Origin: Squalus acanthias
Lineage: Eukaryota
Direction: 5' to 3'
Assembly (NCBI GenBank): GCA_030390025.1
Contig: CM059431.1
Coordinates: 121,150,001-121,214,000 of the forward strand
Length of the DNA stretch: 64,000 nucleotides
A program made the position numbers and the translations under genes. Positions 12,642-25,054 of this stretch are shown piece after piece (position 1 is the first letter of the stretch; each line of letters opens with the position of its first letter). The notes beneath the pieces were generated by a model. That model was given only the letters and a program-made list of their open reading frames with translations, was not told the DNA's origin and searched no databases.

Positions 12642-13348
12642 AAGAACATAAGAACATAAGAAATAAGAGCATGAGTAGGCCATTCAGTAAGATCATGGCT
12701 GATCTTCTACCTCAACTCCACCTTCCCACATGATCCCCATATCCCTTAGTATCCAAAAATCTATTGATCTCCGTCTTGAAAATACTTAACGAATGAGCAT
12801 CTACAGCTCTCTGGGGTAGAGAATTCCAAAGATTCACAACCTTTTGAGTGAAGACATTTCTCCTCATCTCAGTCCTAAATGGCTGTCACCTTATTCTGAG
12901 ACTGTGACCCCTGGTTCTAGTTTCCCCAGCAAGGGGAAACATCCTCCCAACATCTACCTTGTCAAGCCCTTTAAAAATGTTATATGTTTCAATGGGATCA
13001 CCTCTCATTCTTCTAAACTCTAGGGAATATAGGCCTAGTCCAATCAATCTCTCCTCATAGGACAATCCCATCATTCCAGGAATCAATCTAGTGAAACTAA
13101 GGCAATTATATCCTTCCTTAGGTAAGGAGACCAAAACTATACACAGTACTCCATGTGTGGTCTCACCAAGACCCTATATAATTGTAGTAAGACTTCTTTA
13201 TTCTTATACTCCAATCCTTTTGTAATAAAAGCTAACATACCATTTGCTTTCCTAATTGCTTGCTGTACCTACAAGTTCACTTTCTGTGATTTGTGTACAA
13301 GAACACCCAGGTCCCTCTGAATACCAACATTTCCCCGTCTCTCACCAT
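12642..13348 (-). mobile_element. CR1 LINE 3' fragment
   Basis: FTRLIPGMMGLSYEERL..LYSLEFRRMRGD and a (TTCTTATG)n tail at the left end. Confidence 0.92.
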
Positions 13349-14064
13349 TCCAATGGTTTTGGAGAAGGTAACTCCCGAACACAATTTCAAACAAAATTTT
13401 TCTTAAAGGTGAAGATAAGTCTAGTCCTTTATTTCAAAGTACATATCCATTTTAGACTATAAAATGACTTACAGATACCATGATTAACCGTAACGTTACA
13501 AACCACAATTTTCCTAACTACTGGAAGATCCACAAGGTTGGGCCAGATCACACCACAAGATCACTAATGGGGAAGAACCCCATGCATCCTGGAATAGCTG
13601 CATTAGAAGCAACAGGGTCTGAGAAGTTCGATTTGCGTCCAAAACAGGTACAGTGTTAGCAGAGCAACAGCTCCACACACAAGTCTGTGCTAGCCTGAGG
13701 CCCAAGCCAAATTCAGCTTCTTGTCTGGGGGAGTGAACACACTGGCCGCTGACCACAGTTTTCTTGTGGGTCCAGAAAGAGCACACCTAGTCCTGGGCCC
13801 AGAAAAATTAAAAGTGAAAATTTCCTGGGCCTTTTATTGAGTGGCCTCCAGCGATCCCTTTATGGTTCATTGGCTAGCCTGCTCATCGCCTGGTGCAATC
13901 CGGCCGAACATGCGGACTGCATTCTCCCCCCATTTGTACCTGAATTTCACCTTTGGGGTCCTACAACCAGTGGAGTCTCCTGATTTGCATATGTATAATT
14001 TCTTCCCCTTTGACTTTAGAGAAGTCTTAGAGCTGCTCCAGAACTGTGGTCATGGACAAGCTTG

Positions 14065-14455
14065 CGCCGTGAAATTTGGCTCCTTTGCACCTGCCATTAG
14101 CTCCCCCGGGGGGGCGCTAACAGGGCGCAAAGAGATTATCGCCCGGGCAGGGGTGCCTCCCGAGAAATTCAGCTTAGCGCTACTGAGGCGCTAGCCCCGC
14201 CGCGACCCCTTAGCGCCTCCGATGGCCCACACTAGCTCACCAGGAGCGGCCGTGTCGTGCTCCGGTGCTACCGGGCTTTGTGCCCCCGACACCGCCCCAA
14301 GAGGAAGTGGAGCGCTCGAGATAGCGCTCCGCTTTCTCGCCAGAGCGGTAAGCCGAATTTAGCGGCCGGGGCGATACTTCTGTGTCGGGCGTTAAATCTC
14401 CGGCGATAATTCGGTTACCGCCCCCAAACGGGGCGTAACTGAATTTCGCCCCCCC
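14065..14455. mobile_element. CpG-rich Harbinger-type MITE
   Basis: Ends ..GAAATTTGGCTCCTTTGCACCTGCCATTAG and ..CTGAATTTCGCCCCC, with repeated TTAGCGCC/GGCGCTAA motifs. The left end is nearly identical to 57994-58110. Confidence 0.7.
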
Positions 14456-15017
14456 AATTGGTGTATATCTTCTCAAATGCAGTGAAACACTGAAATAAAG
14501 CTGATAAAGTGTTTTTGATAATTACTTGTGCATTCATTACATGTGTCCACTTAATTGCAAATGAGGCCTACTTGCATTACTCTGTTTTAAATGTGTGGTT
14601 CTGAATTGAGAGAAAAAGCAGCAATTATCCATACCTCAGTCAAAATGTCTAATTTGCTTATTTGTAATTTCTTCAACTGTTTAATAATATATTCTAATTA
14701 TATAGACATGTTTGTTTATAACATATTTTTTACGATGGTTACATTTACAGAAATAAAACTTCAAAATGGATTCATTAAGCTTCATGGTTCATTCAGCTGT
14801 ACTTTAATATGCCGGAACATTTAAATCTTTCTGGCCTGTCTGATTTGTAATTTATATATCACAGGTGTTTTGGAAATGTTAAGACTGGCTTACTGCTTAA
14901 ATCGCTACCAGGTGACTTCTGTGAAAAGCTCGACCTTGTGCAGTTTGGATAGCAAAGAAAAAGCTTCTACAATGGCTTTTTATTATCAAGCATTGCTGTT
15001 ATTTTATAACTGATCCT

Positions 15018-16697
15018 TGTAGGAGGTGATGTTTTTGTGTCAGCTTTACCTCTGACTTCTGAGCAGGTTCGAATCGCTCCCACACCCTTGGTTCTAAACC
15101 TTGGACTTATTTGGGGGTTGTGATACAAAAGCTGCAGCAGACAACTGAGTTTGATGAAAGAACTTCAATCTTTATTAAAAGGTAAGACACAAATAATAAC
15201 ACTCTTATCACTTTAAAGGTGGGGAACACTTCGGTACGAGCGAGGGAAATGACAGTAGAACAATACTTCACCCCTCCCAACCCCACATTACTAGCTAAGT
15301 GAGGTTTTGAAGGACCAGGGATAATGCTCACCAATCCTTTGACAGTTGGGCTAAATCGCAGTTTTGGGGTTCGCTGTTTATGGCGGTTAGTGTCTGCCAT
15401 ACCCCGTACGCGGTAGAGGACTTCACCTGGGTCTCTGGTCAGTCTTCGCGAGTCCGCTGATGCGGTAGGATGTCGTTATGGATTTATCTGGTGAATACCC
15501 AATTTCTTTAGTTCAGCAGTAGGACTTAGAGATTTTAGGGAAAATCTTACCCAGGGGTAAGTCAGGAGTAGTTTGTAGTGTGGAAACTTTGCGATTCTTC
15601 GGGCTTTCTTCCCTGGAGTTGGTCTTTGTTGGTTGCGGTGGCCTGTGATTACCCGGTCAGTTGGGGGTAATGCACGGTTGTTGGTTTCGTGAGGCCTTTG
15701 GTTTCCGCGATGGCTTTAGGCCTTGGTTGGTGTGTCGGTCGACCTCGTGGAGCCGTCGGCGACTGGTTGCTGCTTGTTGCTCCGGGTGGCTGTGTTGGGG
15801 CCGTGGTTGGAGGTCCGTCAAGGTGGTGTCTTCACGAGCTGGACTCAGGTGTGTCTGAGTGGTGAGCGATGCTGACTCGCTTCCAGCTCGGGCCTTCTTC
15901 TTCTTGGTCTCTCTTCTTCTCGCTGGCTCTCCTTCCTTTCTTCTCTCCTGCTTCTTCTTTGTTGTCTGGTGTGTGCTTGGTGGGCCTTCAATTATACAGA
16001 ATTGAAGTGGCCTTATCTACCCGCCAAATCTGTTCAGTTCATTGTTTAGTTTTGACGGGCTCGTAAATCGGTAACGATTTACTAGCACGTTAACTGGGTT
16101 TTTAACAGGCCTTCAATCTGACCCAATGAGTATGGCCTTATCTACCCGCCAAATCTGTTCAGTTCATTGTCTGAATTTGGCGGGCCTGCTACCAGTAACT
16201 ACTCTGTAAGTGTCAAATGGGTTTTTGGGATGGTTTGCATCCTGTCGATCTTCTTGGCTGATTGCTGGTGATGAGTTTTGTGTTTTGGGTTCCTAGGCTG
16301 ATCTATAGCCTAGTCCTGGGTGCTCTGTATTATGCATATTTCTTGATGGGCCTTGTAATCGGTTTGATGGGATCTATTGTTTTGGGTGGGGCTGTCTTCT
16401 CCTAGGGTCTATTGTCAAAATATTAATGCGTGCTGGGGCTTTGAGTGAGATCATCCCGGTTCCCCAGACATTGCAATTAACTGCAATACCCAAAACTGCT
16501 TTTGCAGAGGTTGAACCCAACTTCCTTCACAGCCTTTTCTCCCCTTACAGGCCCAGACATGTTTTTAAAATGCCAAAACTTGGATTTGGGTCTTAAATTC
16601 CTTATGTTAGGCCCAAATGCATTTTCATCACTCTGAGGTAGTTCCAAAGTCCTTTTTCCTTAGGTTTTGGGGATCTGTAAATTTTGGAAACCTTACA
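15018..16697 (-). mobile_element. Solo LTR (1680 bp), probably Gypsy-type, 4-bp TSD
   Basis: Termini TGTAGG...CTTACA with TSD TCCT (15014-15017 and 16698-16701). Minus-strand AATAAA at 15171-15176. The U5-side end is homologous to the reverse complement of 34620-34786. Confidence 0.85.
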
Positions 16698-16914
16698 TCC
16701 TAGAAAGATGACAACTTTAGTCTTAAGGCTGAATAGGGAATTACTTTTAGTTAGAGGGACAACCCTCGCTCATGCACATTCTCTTCTTCAGTTATATCCT
16801 ACCTTTTGATTTTGCTGCAGTCATGTTAGAAATAATTGTCAATGACAGTCTTTGCACACTGCACAGTTAATCGCACACATGCTGAGCATTCACACATTCC
16901 TTTGTCAAATAGCG

Positions 16915-18520
16915 ATATAGAATCATAGATTGCTACAGCATAAAAACACACCATTAAGATCATCAAGTCTGTACTGCTATTCTCATGAGCTATCTAATTA
17001 ATCCAACTCTCTACACCCTTTAATATACCTCTTTTTTAAAGCAACTAATTCCTTTTTTAAAAAGTTCATGAGCTCCGCTTTAACAAAGGTTTGTGGTAGA
17101 GAATTCCGCATTCCAAACACCCTCTGTATAAAGAAATTTCTTCTCAGCTCCTTTGAATTAATGTTGCAATTATCTTTCATTTGTGCCCTCTCGATATCTT
17201 TGAATCTTTGGAATTCTCTTCCCCAGGGAGCTGTGGAGGCTGGGTCATTGAATATATTTAAGGTGGAGATAGACAGATTTTTGAACGATAAGGGAGTCAA
17301 GGGTTATGGGGAACGGGCAGGGAAATGGAGTTGAGGCCAAGGTCAGATCAGCCATGATCTTATTGAATGGTGGAGCAGGCTCGAGGGGCCAAATGACCTA
17401 CTCCTGCTCCTACGTCTTATGTTCTTATGTTATTGTCTCGCTGACCAGTGGAAACAATTTATCACTACTCACTTGATTAGAACCTTTCATAATCTTGACT
17501 AGCTCTACCAGGCCAACTCTCAACCTTTTCAGCTCGAGTGAACCTCACATTCCTGGCAACACCTTTTCCATGGCCTTCATATTGTCCTAGTGAGCTGACC
17601 AAAACTGTATATAACTAAGATTTTGTTAAAACTTAACATTATCTACTTGACTGAGGGAACAAAATCAAAATTTGCTGTGGACACCAAATTGAAGGGTATG
17701 GCAAATTGTGACCAGAAGTGAAAGACTGCAGGAAGGGATAGATGGGCTAACAGGATGGTCAGATAGACAGCAGATGTAGCTCAATGTAGAAAAATGTGAA
17801 ATAATGCATCTTGGAAGTAAGGATAAGGAATGGAAATACACCTTAAATGATAGGATTTTAAATGGAATATAGGAGCAGAGAGACCTTGGTGTGCAGATAC
17901 ATAGGTTTTTAATGGTGGCAGCATATCTCCCTGTGTCTAAGTGGACAGAATTGGACACAGTTCTCCAGATGTGGTCTAACCAGAAAACTATACAGTTCAA
18001 TTATGACATTGTCTGGCTTGTACTCTACTGGTTTGGTTATATAGTTCTACATTCTGTTTATTTTATTGATTGCTGTTTCACAGTGATTCAACATGTTGGT
18101 CGTCACGTCTACTAAGGTTTTGCCTCTTTCAACTTGGGATGCACCATTTGTAACATACCGCCAATCAGTGTATGTTCCCTTTATGTCTGTCTCTTACCCC
18201 TCAACCAATTTCCAACCCATGTCGCAAGATTGCCTCCAATTCCATGCGCTTTCATTTTTGCTAATAATCTCTTGTGCAGTACGAAACCAAATGCCTGCTG
18301 GAAGTCCATATAGATGACACCTCTTATCCACCATGTTAGTTACCACCTCAAAAAAATCAACTAGATTAGGCAGATGTGACTTATTCTTCACAAATACATG
18401 CTGACTCTCTCTGATCAGCTCATAATTGTGCAAGTGCTCAGTCACTCGATACCTGATAACAGATTCCAGTAACTTCCCCACAACTGATGTTAAACTGACA
18501 GTTCTGTAGCTACCTGGAGG
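16915..18520. mobile_element. Cluster of old CR1 fragments in both orientations
   Basis: Minus 3' end at 16915-17200, plus 3' end with tail at 17200-17432, plus RT piece at 17660-17925, and minus RT piece at 18200-18520 (GKLLESVIR..ESQHVFVKNKS). Confidence 0.8.
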
Positions 18521-20363
18521 ACAAGCAGCTCAATCTTAAGTTAGAATAGACTAAAACTATAGCTTAGATTTGATTTAATGCATTAAAATGGAAATGATGA
18601 ATGGGATTGTTCTTGAAAAGTGAATTCATTGAATAAAAAGAATATTATGAAAAAAAAACACGAAGAAAGTGACAAGAAAAGAAAGAAACTAAAATCAGAC
18701 TATTACTGATAGTAAAATTAAATATTATTTATACCTTTTCATGGCAGGAAATGTTTAATTTGTAACAGAATACTATAATTAAAAATGTCATCAAATTTAG
18801 AGCTCTGCATGATTTACAGCTGTTTTCTCTTTATTATGAATATACACATTTACTAATGCAATATGTCTGATTACATACTAAAATTCAGCATATTAATGCA
18901 ATTAGGAAGATATTAAAGGGGTAACTTGACAAAGTGTCCCAGAAAGTCTCCCAATGTGTTTGAGGTACTCTTCACAGTTCCAGTAGCAATGACGATGAAA
19001 TGGTGAGTATCCCTTTAAGTGGTGAGTATCCCTTTAAGTAGCACTTGAAATCGACATCAGCGCTGTGTTTACTCCCAAACAGCTGGTCGCTGTTAGGAGA
19101 GGGCATTAGTTGAAGCGCTAGCCACCAAAATGCCGTGAAACCTCTTTAATGAGCACGAGCAGTGGCAATCAGCTGTTTAATGAGCCTCCGGGCGGCTGGC
19201 TTCAACTCCTATACCAAGATGGCACCTTTCACTAAATGTGGGCTAAACTGGCATTTCAGCTTAAGATCCCATCTTGGCTACCTCTTTACCTTTTTAGCGC
19301 CTAAATTATTCGGTGAAGATCGCCCCGCTAATCATTCTTATAGTGTTATTTATTTCTCTGAGTTGCAAATACTCAAAATTTCATGAATAGTTTATTGATT
19401 TTATTTTATAATTTTAATGGGCCCAACTCATCAGGATAGAAGGAAGGAAAATAAACTAATTTTAATATTTTTAAAAAGTGTATAATTAATAAATTGTTAC
19501 TAGAATTGTGAGTGTTAGCAACACTGCTCTATAAAATCAGCTCAAGTATCTGGCTTTAAAATAAAAAGTTGCAATATTATATCATTCCTCAGGATGCAGT
19601 AACATCTCAGAACACTTCACAATTAGTCCACCACGGAGTTAAAGGTCATGCAATTTGAATTAATTTACTAAATTGCTGGAACTAGATGAAATATAGTAAA
19701 ACGCTGTCCTTTTACCCTCTAGGACATCAATTTGTATTCAGTCTAGACAGACAGAGAAACAAAATCTACTGCACATCCGCAGAGCTGCGAAGATTCCTAT
19801 GAAATTAATATGAAAAGTCTTAATTATATTCCCAGTGGGAATAACTGCAGAACTAAACTGCCCTTAAATTCAGCACCAATGAACAATAATTGTCAGTCTT
19901 CCTCAAGACAAACATATGTGAAAAATGAAAATATCACGATGGTGCACCAATGGTTAATCTTATGAAATCATGAAGTTCAGGTAAATTCTTAAGATAATCC
20001 GGTGCCGTTCCTGATTGCAAATTACAACATTCTTCAGTTTAAAGAAGCCAGCCCGGGAATTCCTGGCTCCCTGATGCAACAGTGTAAGTGCAGCAGGGCA
20101 GGAGTTACCCCTGACAAAATCGGCACAATAAGAGGCTGACCAACTCCCCACCCCCCACATCAGAAATCCCAGATTCAGCTAATTTAAATAGTGTTAGTAG
20201 GACAAGGGTAAGAGCCCTGTCAGCAGGAAGCCAGGTAATCTGCGGGCAGGCCAGGGCAGGGGTCTCAAAATTCAGGAATGGGACAGAGCAACTCGCGACT
20301 TTCTATTTAAAACGCTGCATGCATTTAAAAGGCAGAACAGATTCTTGGAAGAGGGAGTGGAAA

Positions 20364-20590
20364 TGGATGGTGCTACAGAAGGGAAAAGGCAAGCACCTAA
20401 CTTCTCTGAGGCTGACGTAGAAGTGCTGCTGCCCAAGTTACAATAGTTGAAGTACCAGGGAAGAAGACATTGCATTCAGCAGCATAGCCTGTGTGCAAAG
20501 AGGTGGCTTTGGTTGTGATTGGGACATCCATAACCCCGATCCCCCTGAAATGTTGAATGGAGTTTAATGACCTCACCGGCTCAGCAAAGG
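20364..20590 (+). pseudogene. Decayed exon 1 of a Harbinger Myb/SANT-like gene
   Basis: MDGATEGKRQAPNFSEADVEVLL ... EFNDLTGSAK followed by a GTAAGG donor; contains stops and frameshifts. Confidence 0.6.
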
Positions 20591-20825
20591 TAAGGGTATT
20601 TTTAGATGAATAACAGGGAATATTACAGTAAAGTAAATGGTTATTCTAGCATAACAGTCAAGCATTTCTGTTTGGGGTGTCACAGGGCACCACGGTTCTT
20701 GTCCCAGAAATGGTGTCAGCTGTGGCTCAGAGGTCGCGCTGTCTCCGATATTGCCATGAAGGTGGCTTCTGAGTGGGGAGGTGGATTTGTGTGGCCGAAA
20801 TCCGGATGGCAAATGAACAGGTCAG

Positions 20826-21080
20826 AATAAGAACATAAGAACATAAGAAATAGGAGCAGGAGTAGGCCAATCGGCCCTTCGAGCCTGTTCCGCCATTCAA
20901 TAAGATCATGGCTGATCTGATCCTCACCTCAAATCTAAAGAACACAAGAAGTAGGAGCAGGACCTGGCCACTCAGCCCCTGGGCCCGCTACGCCACCCAC
21001 AGGGCCTCAACCGATCCGAACTCAGCCTCATGTCCAATTTCCTGCCCGTTCCCCGTAACCCCTAATTCCCTTTACTTCTG
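20826..21080 (-). mobile_element. CR1 3' end with two successive 3'-terminal modules
   Basis: Tail plus aggagcaggagtaggcc at 20826-20935, then a diverged second aagaacacaagaagtaggagcaggacctggcc module starting at 20938. Confidence 0.75.
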
Positions 21081-21233
21081 CGAAGTCAACTTAATTATAC
21101 AAATTAATTTTGACTTCCGTGTTTCACGTCTCCAAGCTGCGCAGCGGGCATGATGAACATCCGCAGGACGCGGTCTAAGCTGTATTTCAAGGGACAGTGC
21201 ATAACTGGAAATTAGAGGATAGATGGTGGACAT

Positions 21234-21457
21234 AGAGCAAGGGCAGCACCCAGATTCAATGACACAATGCTGGAATTAAAGCTGGGTGCAGTCAGGAGCA
21301 GGAGGGACATACTTTTCCTCAGCCATAGGAAAAAGAAACCTACAGCTCTCAGAAGGCGTGGCTGGAGGTCGCTCAGGAGGTGAGCAGCAGGAACGTTGTG
21401 GCCAGGTCTTGGATGCAATGTAGGAAGCAGTTTAATGACCTAACCAGGTCAGGAAAA
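21234..21457 (+). pseudogene. Decayed exon 1 of a Harbinger Myb/SANT-like gene
   Basis: RARAAPRFNDTMLELKLGAVRSRRDILF..(frameshift)..KAWLEVAQEVSSRNVVARSWMQCRKQFNDLTRSGK followed by a GTAAGT donor. Confidence 0.8.
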
Positions 21458-21949
21458 GTAAGTACATTCGCTGATTAAACTACATCCTATGGTTTAAGCA
21501 GCAGCCTGCTTTCACTCAGTCTTGCTAAGCATTCTCCATCACATTACTCCGTCACATTCTCCATCACATCACATCACAGAAATTGGTCTGCGTATTTCTG
21601 GTGTAAAATGGGCGCAAAGCATACCAATTTCACAGTGGGACAGCCTGGGCCCAATATGTGCAGGCATTGGTTCGATTGTTAACTTTGTGGGGCCCATTCT
21701 TTAACCGTCCTAGGCAATCATTTTCCATAACATTGGTGGAAGAACCGCAGAAACCTTGGTGAAACAATGTAACTGGTGTTTCCGCCGTTTCTCTGGAGTT
21801 TCTGCAGACCTTCTGCAAAGTTATAATCGATGATCAGGAGAACCCTTGCAGAAGTTCAAACCGTTAACTTATTGTATTCTATTTCAAGACAATTACTGAG
21901 CTAGGATCTGAGGAATGCACAATTGCTGGATGAAGAGGAGCAGCAGGAA

Positions 21950-23851
21950 GCTGTGAAAAGGAAATTAGGAAAGCAAAGAGAGGGCATAAAAAAATATTGG
22001 CAAGTGAAATCAAGGAAAACCCAAAGATGTTTTATAAATACATAAAGAGCAAGAGGATAAATGATGAAAGAGTACGGCCTATTAGAGACCAAAAAGGTAA
22101 CCTGTGTGTTGAGGCCAAAGATGTGGGTATGGTTCTTAATGAATAATTTGCGTTCGTCTTCACAAAAGAGAAGGACAATGCAGGCATTGTAGTTAAGGAG
22201 GGAGGAGTGTGAAATATCAGATGAGATAAACATAGTGAGAGAGGAAGTATTAAGTGGTTTAGCATCTTTGAAAGTAGATGAATCGCCAGGCTTGGATGAA
22301 ATGTATCCCAGGCTGTTAAGAGAAACAAGGGATGAAATAGCGGTGGCTCTGACCATCATTTTCCAATCCTCTCTGGCTACAGGAGTGCTGCCGGAGGACT
22401 GGAGGACTGCTAATGTTGTACCGTTGTTTAAAAAGGGAGGAAGGGATAGACCGAGTAATTACTGGCCTGTCAGCCTAACCTCGGTGGTGGGCAAATTATT
22501 GGAAAAAATTCTGAGGGACAGTATTAATCATCATTTAGAAAGGCACAGATTAATCAAGGACAGTCAGCATAGACTTGTTATGGGAAGGTCATGTCTGACT
22601 AACTTAATTTAATTTTTTGAGGAGGTAATATTGAGAGTCGATGAGGATAGCATATTTGATGTAGTCTACATGGATTTTAACAAGGCTTTTGACAAAGTCC
22701 CACATGGCAGACTGGTCAGAAAAGTAAAAGCCCATGGGATCCAAGGGAAAAGGGCAAGTTGGAGCCAAAATTGGCTCAGTGGCAGGAAGCAAAAGCAATT
22801 GGTCGACGGGTGTTTTGGTAACTGGAAGGCTGTTTCCAGTGGGGTTCCGTGGGGCTCAGGACTAGGCCCCTTGCTTGTTGTGGTATATATCAATGAGTTA
22901 GTCTTCAATGTAGGGGGCATAATTAAGAAGTTTTCAGATGATACAAAAATTGGCCGTGTGGTTGATAGGGAGGAAGAAAGCTACAGACTGCAGGAAGATA
23001 TCAATGGACCTGTCTGGTGGGCAGAACAGTGGCAAATGGAATTCAATCCGGAGAAGTGTGAGGTAATGCATTTGGGGAGGGCTAACAAGGCAAGGGAATA
23101 CAGAATAAATGGTAGGATACTGAGAAGTGTAGAGGAACAGAAGGACCTTGGAGTGCATGTCCACAGATCCCTGAAGGTAGCAGGACAGTTAGATAATGTG
23201 GTTAAGAAGGCATACGGATGCTTTCCTTTATTAGTTGAAGTATAAAATATAAGACCAGGGAGGTTATGCTTGAACTGTATAAAAACTAGTTAGGCCACAG
23301 CTAGAGTACTGCGTACAGTTCTGGTCACCACATTACAGGAAAGATGTGATTGCACAGAGAGGGTACAGAGGAGATTTACAAGGATGTTGCCAGGACTGGA
23401 GAATTTTAGCTATAAGAAAAGATTGGTTAGGCTGAGGTTGTTTTCTTTGGAACAGAGGAGGCTGAGGAGAGACTTAATTGAGGTGTATAAAATTATGAGG
23501 GGCCTAGAGAGGTTGGATACGAAGGACCTATTTCCCTTAGCAGAGAGGTCAATAACCAGGGGGCATAGATTTAAAGTAATTGGTTGAAGGATTAGAGGGG
23601 AGTTGAGGAGAAATGTTTTCACCCAGAGGGTGGTGGGGGTCTGGAACTCACTGCCTGAAATGATGGTAGAGGCAGAAACCCTCATCACATTTAAAAAGTA
23701 CTTAGATATGCATTTGAAGTGCCGTAACCTACAGGGCTACACATCAAGAGCTGGAAAGTGGGATTAGGCTGGATAGCTCTTTTTTGGCTGGCACGGACAC
23801 GATGGGCCAAATGGCTTCCTTCTGTGCCGTAAATTTCTATGATTCTATGAT
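21950..23851 (+). mobile_element. 5'-truncated CR1 LINE, degenerate
   Basis: RT motifs across ORFs 22235-23587 ([20 protein letters not shown]), with stops and frameshifts. Tail TTCTATGA x2. Confidence 0.95.
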
Positions 23852-25054
23852 CAATTGACGTCCTTCTGGAGGCTTGCGCTGTGTCACCATTTATAGCTGA
23901 CTCCGCTACTGTCAGGGGTTGTCAGATTTGTGTTAATGTGCTTCAGCCGCACTCCATTCTTCGAAGTCTGAGATTAAATATTGTGGTAATATATTTCATA
24001 AGATACTTCTGTCCGTTGAAGATGGAATCTCTATTAATCTTATAACTTCAGCTCCTTTTGCTTTCCTTTTTGGCTTGAATTAACTCTGCTTGTCTGAATT
24101 TTAGCTATTCCAGCTTGCTGTAGCTTGACATTTTTTCTAACTGGCTGGACTACTGTAAGAAGAACCCAACTAAACTGCTCAACTGCTTTGCGGACTTTGC
24201 TCAATTGACTTTTCATCAACTGAGCAGTCTGCCTTCTGCTGACTGTCTAACTGTCCATCTTCTGAGTGATTTGGGGAATAAAAGGGATGGCCCTTTACTA
24301 AATGTTAGCGGCAAGCCCCATTATAGTTAAAGAGGGTTAACTGGGTCATTTGAGCCCCTCCACTGTGCCAAGAAATTTTGAAAAGTATGGGGAGGGGGAA
24401 AATTCTCCTCTTTGAAGTGGAGTTTGGGCAGGGCAGGACTTCCGTTCGCCCCTCCATAACCATTCCAGTCATGACCCAGTTTCTGTGGGGATTCCGTTGC
24501 AGCACCTGTAGATCCAGGAGCAGTGTTCAAGGAGCAGTGCCCCTAAGATGTGAAGAGGTGTCTCACTGAAGAGTTCAGTTGAGACTAGGGCCTTCAACAG
24601 ATAACTGTTGCAAGAGAAATAGAGTGAGATGAGGTCACTGCAAGGCCTTTTTCCTCCACTGGGGGCACCTCTGGACCCATACCTTCACTTCCCAGGGCTT
24701 CCCGTCACTTTTCCCTTGATTGCCCCAGGAAGTGTCAGCAACACAGGCAGACACAAGGAAAATCCGCCAAATTCTGCAGGTGAGGAGGGAGTGGTCAGTG
24801 GTGGTCCCACTGGGGGCAGGGAGAAGGAAATCCAGTTCAAGGCAGTGAAGTGATGGTAGGCCTCACTGCTCAATCTTAGCCTTTTTTTCCACTGTAATTC
24901 GACCTGAAAGCTGGTAGAATCGGAAAGGAAACCCCCTCCATATATGTTGGAAACTATTGATGGTCAAAATTTCTGCTAAAATAGGAGTATTTTGACCATG
25001 TTCATGTTCTTTAGCATCCATAGAAAGTTAAACACAACTAGAGACATAAACCAA

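Noticed and set aside
19001..19039. 19-bp direct duplication TGGTGAGTATCCCTTTAAG
   Set aside because: Simple local tandem duplication with no intervening element.
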